This document shows, in pieces, positions 59,119 through 64,000 of a stretch of DNA of 64,000 nucleotides. The DNA comes from Pseudomonas phage PhiPA3. The position numbers were made by a program, and so were the translations under genes. Within the stretch, counting starts at the first letter, position 1, and each line of letters begins with the position of its first letter. The notes beneath the pieces were generated by a model, which worked only from the letters and a program-made list of their open reading frames with translations, had not been told where the DNA came from and made no database searches. The stretch lies in the sequence record HQ630627.1. One strand, written 5' to 3'.

Positions 59119-59146
59119 GAGGGGGCTTCGGCCCCTTCTTTTATTC
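59119..59146 (+). terminator. Intrinsic terminator GAGGGGGC-TTCG-GCCCCTTC + TTTTATTCC
   Basis: Stem with UUCG loop and a T tract. Confidence 0.7.
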
Positions 59147-59162
59147 CCTCAAGGAAAATACA

Positions 59163-59471
59163 ATGCGGATAAATGATGACATGGGTTACGGGAATCTGAT
59201 TGACTTCCCCGAAGAGAAATTCATGAAAGCGGGTGAGTTGGTGCTGATCCGCAAAAGAACTGCCTACGCAGGTGAAACCCCCATTGGGCTTTACCAAGTG
59301 GCGGAGGATTGTTCTTTACCCAGACGCTACGAAGGGGAAGTCCGTGCAGACCTAGTATGGTCTGCCAAGGATAACGAGAACAGAATGCTGATCGAAGACG
59401 TTGAGAACCTGGTTGAACAGGGTAAGCTCAAGCCAGTCGAACATACATCTATCTACTATCGGGACGAGTAA
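59163..59471 (+). CDS. Hypothetical protein (102 aa), paralogous to the C-terminal domain of the next gene
   Basis: VENLVEQGKLKPVEHTSIYYRDE against VQTLVDQGKLKPIKCTSVIYKAEI. Confidence 0.5.
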   Translation: MRINDDMGYGNLIDFPEEKFMKAGELVLIRKRTAYAGETPIGLYQVAEDCSLPRRYEGEVRADLVWSAKDNENRMLIEDVENLVEQGKLKPVEHTSIYYRDE

Positions 59472-59472
59472 C

Positions 59473-60183
59473 ATGTCAATCACAATTATTGTTTTCTCTA
59501 AGGAAGAACCGAGTGATTCCGACATCATGACGTATGTCGGTGCTATCCCTGGACTCAGTGGAGAAGATTTCCGTTACCGTCTGGCATGGAGACATCGCTG
59601 TAATAATGACATTCACAGCACCTTGTTTCAGATTTACGATGACGAGCATCATTCCGATAACTGTCATCTGTTGTTCAGGAATGGCCTGGTTACTGTCACA
59701 ACTATGACCGAAATTGCAGAGTTCACTCAGAACCTGCAAGACGAAATTAACTTCTACAGTAGTAACTTTGAGGAAGGGGTTAAAGCCGAAGTTTACTCGA
59801 TCAGCAATGGCGATACCTTGTACATTTTCCCTGATCAGGCCCATCGTGTTCATCATCTTCTTAAAGAAGATCTGAAATTGGTCTCCGACGACGAGAAAGA
59901 AGTAGCCGAATATACGTTGCTGGATAAGGACTATGAACTCAAAGCTGGGGAAATTGTCCAGGTGTACACCCACGTTAAATATGAAGGTGTATACGGCCAC
60001 GAGTTATACGAGGTCATCGAGGACTGCGTTATTCCCAAACGTGCTAGCGGTAGCGTTCTGAATCGCTACTTTGAAAAGGATGGTCGTAGGCAGAGAAACT
60101 ACGATGACGTTCAGACCTTAGTGGACCAAGGCAAACTGAAACCTATTAAATGCACCAGTGTTATCTACAAGGCCGAAATATGA
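59473..60183 (+). CDS. Hypothetical protein (236 aa) with C-terminal domain duplicated from the upstream gene
   Basis: ATG at 59473. Confidence 0.5.
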   Translation: MSITIIVFSKEEPSDSDIMTYVGAIPGLSGEDFRYRLAWRHRCNNDIHSTLFQIYDDEHHSDNCHLLFRNGLVTVTTMTEIAEFTQNLQDEINFYSSNFEEGVKAEVYSISNGDTLYIFPDQAHRVHHLLKEDLKLVSDDEKEVAEYTLLDKDYELKAGEIVQVYTHVKYEGVYGHELYEVIEDCVIPKRASGSVLNRYFEKDGRRQRNYDDVQTLVDQGKLKPIKCTSVIYKAEI

Positions 60184-60380
60184 GAAATCCATTTAGTGGC
60201 AGCAGTCTGTTCGACCTCCCTGAAGAAACCCCTGAAGAGAAGCTGCGTGCGATGTTCCATCCCTTCGGCGGTGCTTTCCGCGGCGAGATGAAATCGGATC
60301 ATGGCGAACGTACCAACCGAAAGATCAAAGATCAGCCGTTCTATCAACGTGGTCCGAAGAAGCAGATGAGGAAATACTGA
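60180..60380 (+). CDS. Hypothetical small protein (66 aa)
   Basis: ATGA overlap. Confidence 0.4.
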   Translation: MRNPFSGSSLFDLPEETPEEKLRAMFHPFGGAFRGEMKSDHGERTNRKIKDQPFYQRGPKKQMRKY

Positions 60381-60646
60381 TGTATCCGTTCGCTATTGCG
60401 GTTAGTCACGTGATCGCTGTATTCCTCGTCGTCTACGCTGTTGGTGGTATGGTCATTACAGCTCGTCACGTCATTGCCTTCGAGCGAATAAAACGTTTGT
60501 TCGCTGAAGGGAAACTCCAGGAGGTTATCGCCTTTCGAAAGATGACTAAGTACGATACCCAGATGGATGGCCTGACGTATTGGTGTTGTTGGGGGTTGGG
60601 TATTACAATCGCGATGTTGATCATTGCTGCGGGGTTAGCGCCATGA
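60380..60646 (+). CDS. Small membrane protein (88 aa, 2 TM)
   Basis: IAVFLVVYAVGGMVI and WCCWGLGITIAMLIIAAGL. Confidence 0.45.
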   Translation: MYPFAIAVSHVIAVFLVVYAVGGMVITARHVIAFERIKRLFAEGKLQEVIAFRKMTKYDTQMDGLTYWCCWGLGITIAMLIIAAGLAP

Positions 60647-61026
60647 GATATGAAACCTGGATTAACGCCTATCTAGCGGCTATTGAAACGTTGCGCAAGC
60701 GTCATGGATTGCGTGCGTATTACGACAAGCCGCTGGTTGAGCCGTACTACGAGCTGGAATTCAAAATGTTCAGTAAGCCTGATGAACCTCCAGCATACCT
60801 GGTCGCTTTCATGTACGAAGGACAACGGATCCAACTCCTGGTATTTGAGAATGATTCAGGTATTCAAGGACAGTTGTATAGCCTAGCTGCTGAACTTGGC
60901 GTTGCGATCGATTTTGACCGTGATCCTTTTGGGGCTGACACTGTATTGGTTAATACACTTGGTCCATTCGTTAAGTTGATCCACCATCTGGTATTGGATG
61001 GTTACGGGGGACGGAATGCACTATAA
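60643..61026 (+). CDS. Hypothetical protein (127 aa)
   Basis: ATGA overlap. Confidence 0.45.
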   Translation: MRYETWINAYLAAIETLRKRHGLRAYYDKPLVEPYYELEFKMFSKPDEPPAYLVAFMYEGQRIQLLVFENDSGIQGQLYSLAAELGVAIDFDRDPFGADTVLVNTLGPFVKLIHHLVLDGYGGRNAL

Positions 61027-61369
61027 GCTCAAGTTCTATGACATGCTCTTCCAGAACATCGTTCAGTTCCATCTGGAGGAGGGGAGTAGCTTCAAGGACT
61101 TCGAGGTTGAAAGTACCCTTGGACATAAACTCCTCTTCCGCCGTATTCGAAATGATGGCGTGGATAAGATGTCATGGGAAATCAGGATCTCTCATGAAAC
61201 TGTAGAAATTACAGCCGATCTCAACGTCCCTGGTTACGATATCAAGATCAATAAGATCCTTGACTATGAATGGAAAGAGGTTAGTTTGGATGATCCGCGT
61301 GCGGTATTCATCGCCAGTCGGTGTTGTGCGGTTTTCGTTCGATTAATGGAGGACCAGTGGTATGTCTAG
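61016..61369 (+). CDS. Hypothetical protein (117 aa)
   Basis: Overlapping start. Confidence 0.4.
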   Translation: MHYKLKFYDMLFQNIVQFHLEEGSSFKDFEVESTLGHKLLFRRIRNDGVDKMSWEIRISHETVEITADLNVPGYDIKINKILDYEWKEVSLDDPRAVFIASRCCAVFVRLMEDQWYV

Positions 61370-61829
61370 AAAGGTCAAGTTCTATTCGCGCTTGGCTGCA
61401 ATGGCTGTGACACAACCACATTACGTGATCTCCATTGGGGAAGCAAATGACGGCTGTGTATTGGACCCCGAACACAAATCGGTACTGCGTCTGGAGTTCG
61501 ACGATATCCCTTATCACGTCGATGGGTATCGTCTGTTCTCGTTGACTGACGCAAGACGAATTTTAAGGTGGCTACGAGACGTTCCTGAGAACGAAACCGT
61601 TATAGTCCACTGTGAGGCAGGGGTCAGCCGATCGGCTGCTGTAGCGCAATTCATGGTCGATCACCAGGGGTATGAACTGGAGAAAGATCAGTACTGTAAT
61701 GGGAGCTTCCTGTGTGCCAATGGCCATGTTTACGGCACACTAAGAATGACTGCGTTGGAAATTACTGACCAGTACCTTCTTATGGAAGCTGAATATGATC
61801 GCAAAGTAAAGGGTATTCCCCAATGGTAG
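61362..61829 (+). CDS. Cys-based dual-specificity / protein-tyrosine phosphatase-like protein
   Basis: VIVHCEAGVSRSAAVAQFMV matches the HC-x5-R(S/T) P-loop signature. Confidence 0.65.
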   Translation: MSRKVKFYSRLAAMAVTQPHYVISIGEANDGCVLDPEHKSVLRLEFDDIPYHVDGYRLFSLTDARRILRWLRDVPENETVIVHCEAGVSRSAAVAQFMVDHQGYELEKDQYCNGSFLCANGHVYGTLRMTALEITDQYLLMEAEYDRKVKGIPQW

Positions 61830-62035
61830 CATCACGCTTAGCGCCACCTCCTCCACCGGGTTCTATTCTGGTGAAGGATGTACGAGATCACATCCAGGAG
61901 ATGGTTGCATCGGAAATGGGTCCGATCGAGAATGCTTGGAAATTGGAAGACTGTAAGTACATACCCAAGGCTGGGCTGGCTCTACTACAGGAAGACATCC
62001 ACAAGCTTCTACGTAAACACTTTCGAGGAGAATAA
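61823..62035 (+). CDS. Hypothetical small protein (70 aa)
   Basis: Overlapping start. Confidence 0.4.
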   Translation: MVASRLAPPPPPGSILVKDVRDHIQEMVASEMGPIENAWKLEDCKYIPKAGLALLQEDIHKLLRKHFRGE

Positions 62036-62037
62036 CC

Positions 62038-62397
62038 ATGAGCATCACTCTGAACCAACCGCTGGTCCCTGCACTCCGGGAATTCATGTGGGACGTAAGT
62101 CGCTCCGAAGGGGGTATGGTGCGAACCCAAGCCGACCAAAGTGCGATCATCGATGTCGGTAGACCTGATGAAGATTTAATTGAGAATCCGACGGTCCGCG
62201 AAAACGAAGCCTACAACTACGGGGTAATTGCGGGTTCCCTGGGGTTGATGGATTACTTGGTTGACAAGGGGTATTCCATTATTGATCCGGCTGGAATCAA
62301 GGTGGAGCGAGCAGAGAACAAAAGCTTCCTGGAAACCTTCTCTGAGAAAAACTGGCTTAATGTAGCTACTGGCGAAACCGACGACGCGCCTTTCTAA
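62038..62397 (+). CDS. Hypothetical protein (119 aa)
   Basis: SD AGGAGAATAACC-ATG. Confidence 0.5.
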   Translation: MSITLNQPLVPALREFMWDVSRSEGGMVRTQADQSAIIDVGRPDEDLIENPTVRENEAYNYGVIAGSLGLMDYLVDKGYSIIDPAGIKVERAENKSFLETFSEKNWLNVATGETDDAPF

Positions 62398-62436
62398 GAC
62401 TAATGGCGTCGTAACTAATCTAAATAAGGAAAATAC

Positions 62437-63828
62437 ATGGAAAACGTACTGGCCGAACTGAAACCCATTAAGGAAGGTTTCGGTGTCGTTGAAGAGACTC
62501 GCAAACTAGCGCGTATCGTCGAGATCGATGACGTAATCAAACACCCCAATGCCGATGCACTTGAACTGGCCATCGTTGGTGGTTGGCAACTGTGTGTGAA
62601 ACTCGGTGAATACAAGAAGGGTGATCGCGCGATTTATTGCGAGATTGATTCTCTCCTGCCCCTGTCCAATATCGAACTCTTCGGTTTCCTCGAAGCGCGT
62701 CGTTCGGACAACCGTCGTGTTAACGGCGTGAACTACCACCGGCTGAAGACCATCAAACTGCGTAAGGAACTTTCGCAGGGTCTGCTGGTGCCGGTACCGG
62801 CTGAATTCAAAGATGAACCAGTTGATACCAACCTGACCCTGAAGCTGGGTATTCTGAAATATGAATCCGCTCCGCAGATGGAACCCAAGGCTCGTATCGG
62901 TCGTGACGCCCCGTTCTTCGTGAAACTGGGCGCTCGGCTGATCGGTGATCTGGGCGGTGCTCTGCTCCCGTGGCCGAGCATGCTGACTAAGTCGGACCAA
63001 GATCGCATTCAGAACAAAGGCGTAGCTTTCCATACTGTCAAGGAACAAGGTGACGACATGGAAGTCACCTACAAACTCGACGGTAGCTCGATGACCGTGT
63101 TCTGTGTGAATGACAAGGTTGTCCGCACTGGCGTCTGTTCGCGTAACTACGAACTGGGTACCAGTGAAGCCAACTGGACCTTCACTGAACAAGTACGTTA
63201 CTGGCTGGGGAACTTCCTGATCCGTAACCGTAACGTGTTCAAGCTGAGGACCTGGTTCCGTCGTGAAGACGGCGTCCTGGAAGGTCCGCGTAAACCACGT
63301 TGGGGTCTGATCATTCCGGAATGGGTGAAGCGTGTCGATACCTCCGACAACAACTTCATCCGCGTTACTCGTGAACTTAAGATCCGCGAGAAGCTGGTGG
63401 ACTACCTCCAGGCTACTGGTCGCTTCATTACTGTTCAAGGTGAACTGATTGGTCCGGATATCCAGGACAACTTTGAAGGTGTGGACAAGCCCGAATACTA
63501 CGTGTACTCGGTGTACGAAGATGGTAACATCGTACTGCTCCCGAAAGAAGCACGTAAAATCGTAGCTGAACTCGGTCTGAACTACGTACCGCTGTTTGAT
63601 CCCGAGTGGAAACCTACCGCTGAAACCACCGGCAAAGATGTTCTGGCGATGGCTGAAGGTCCGTCTGCGTTCAAGAACAAACGGGGCTACCGGGAAGGTC
63701 TGGTGTTCAAGTCCAATCAACGAGTACTGTCTTGGAAGGCAATCTCGAATCGCTACCTTCTGAAGCAAGAAGAAGAGCTGGAAAAGAAAGCCAAAGCCGA
63801 AGAAGCAGCTGAAGCTGTAGTAGCCTAA
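62437..63828 (+). CDS. ATP-dependent RNA-ligase-like nucleotidyltransferase with N-terminal tRNA-binding-type OB-fold domain
   Basis: N-terminal KHPNADALELAIVGGWQLCVKLGEYKKGDRAIYCEIDSLLP resembles the tRNA_bind (EMAP/Myf) fold. Motif I TYKLDGSSMTVF (KxDG), motif IV EGLVFK, motif V WKAISNRYLLK. Confidence 0.5.
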   Translation: MENVLAELKPIKEGFGVVEETRKLARIVEIDDVIKHPNADALELAIVGGWQLCVKLGEYKKGDRAIYCEIDSLLPLSNIELFGFLEARRSDNRRVNGVNYHRLKTIKLRKELSQGLLVPVPAEFKDEPVDTNLTLKLGILKYESAPQMEPKARIGRDAPFFVKLGARLIGDLGGALLPWPSMLTKSDQDRIQNKGVAFHTVKEQGDDMEVTYKLDGSSMTVFCVNDKVVRTGVCSRNYELGTSEANWTFTEQVRYWLGNFLIRNRNVFKLRTWFRREDGVLEGPRKPRWGLIIPEWVKRVDTSDNNFIRVTRELKIREKLVDYLQATGRFITVQGELIGPDIQDNFEGVDKPEYYVYSVYEDGNIVLLPKEARKIVAELGLNYVPLFDPEWKPTAETTGKDVLAMAEGPSAFKNKRGYREGLVFKSNQRVLSWKAISNRYLLKQEEELEKKAKAEEAAEAVVA

Positions 63829-63836
63829 CGGCATAC

Positions 63837-63868
63837 GGGGAGGCTTCGGCCTCCCTTTCTATTTAACA
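63837..63868 (+). terminator. Intrinsic terminator GGGAGGC-TTCG-GCCTCCC + TTTCTATTTAAC
   Basis: Perfect stem with UUCG loop. Confidence 0.7.
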
Positions 63869-63881
63869 AGAGGCCATTACA

Positions 63882-64000
63882 ATGCGTTTAGTTTGGAAAG
63901 ACCAAAGCGATGTGATGCTCGACTCCATCACGAAATTGGCTACACCGATTCCCATGGATCTAATACCCATGATCCGACGTGCATTGGAGGGGTTTGAAAA
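63882..64000 (+). CDS. Hypothetical protein, 5' end only (continues beyond the window)
   Basis: SD AAGAGG 8 nt upstream of the ATG. Open to the window end. Confidence 0.4.
   Translation, partial: MRLVWKDQSDVMLDSITKLATPIPMDLIPMIRRALEGFE

Noticed and set aside
62506-63834. 442-aa minus-strand ORF
   Set aside because: It is antisense to the RNA-ligase-like gene, which has KxDG, EGxxxK and tRNA-binding motifs. The high-GC3 codon usage of that gene keeps the antisense frame open.

Overview
The window looks like part of a phiKZ-like (Chimalliviridae-type) jumbo phage genome of roughly 48% GC, with four strand blocks.

(1) Left end, minus strand: an HNH homing endonuclease (truncated by the window edge), then two subunits of a split multisubunit RNA polymerase. 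One is a beta-prime N-terminal fragment carrying the ADFDGD catalytic motif; the other is a 1096-aa beta-like fragment.

(2) Divergent plus-strand block, 5.9-30.5 kb: a 2323-aa virion protein with a C-terminal lytic transglycosylase (phiKZ gp181-like); structural and hypothetical genes; a tandem paralog triplet; thymidylate kinase; a DEDDh exonuclease; an SF2 DExH helicase interrupted in its P-loop by a LAGLIDADG intein; and an 826-aa putative fibre.

(3) Minus-strand array, 30.5-34.4 kb: four diverged paralogs, three of them with an N-terminal FN3-like domain.

(4) Long plus-strand run of small early-type genes, 34.6-64 kb. It contains a duplicated two-gene cassette with one copy frameshifted, dCTP deaminase, NAD-dependent DNA ligase, a macro-domain protein, a ThyA homolog with three large insertions, a Cys-based dual-specificity phosphatase, and an ATP-dependent RNA-ligase-like enzyme with an N-terminal tRNA-binding-type OB fold.

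More than 20 intrinsic terminators with cUUCGg-type loops punctuate the plus strand. Four copies of an AT-rich promoter-like motif (TTTCAAATCTATATTAC core) sit 30-50 bp upstream of gene starts.

I found no rRNA, tRNA or CRISPR array.

The single 'undescribed system' I would look at first is the macro-domain, Cys-phosphatase and RNA-ligase group at the right end. The FN3 paralog array and the duplicated A/B cassette come second. All functional calls are from motif reading only.
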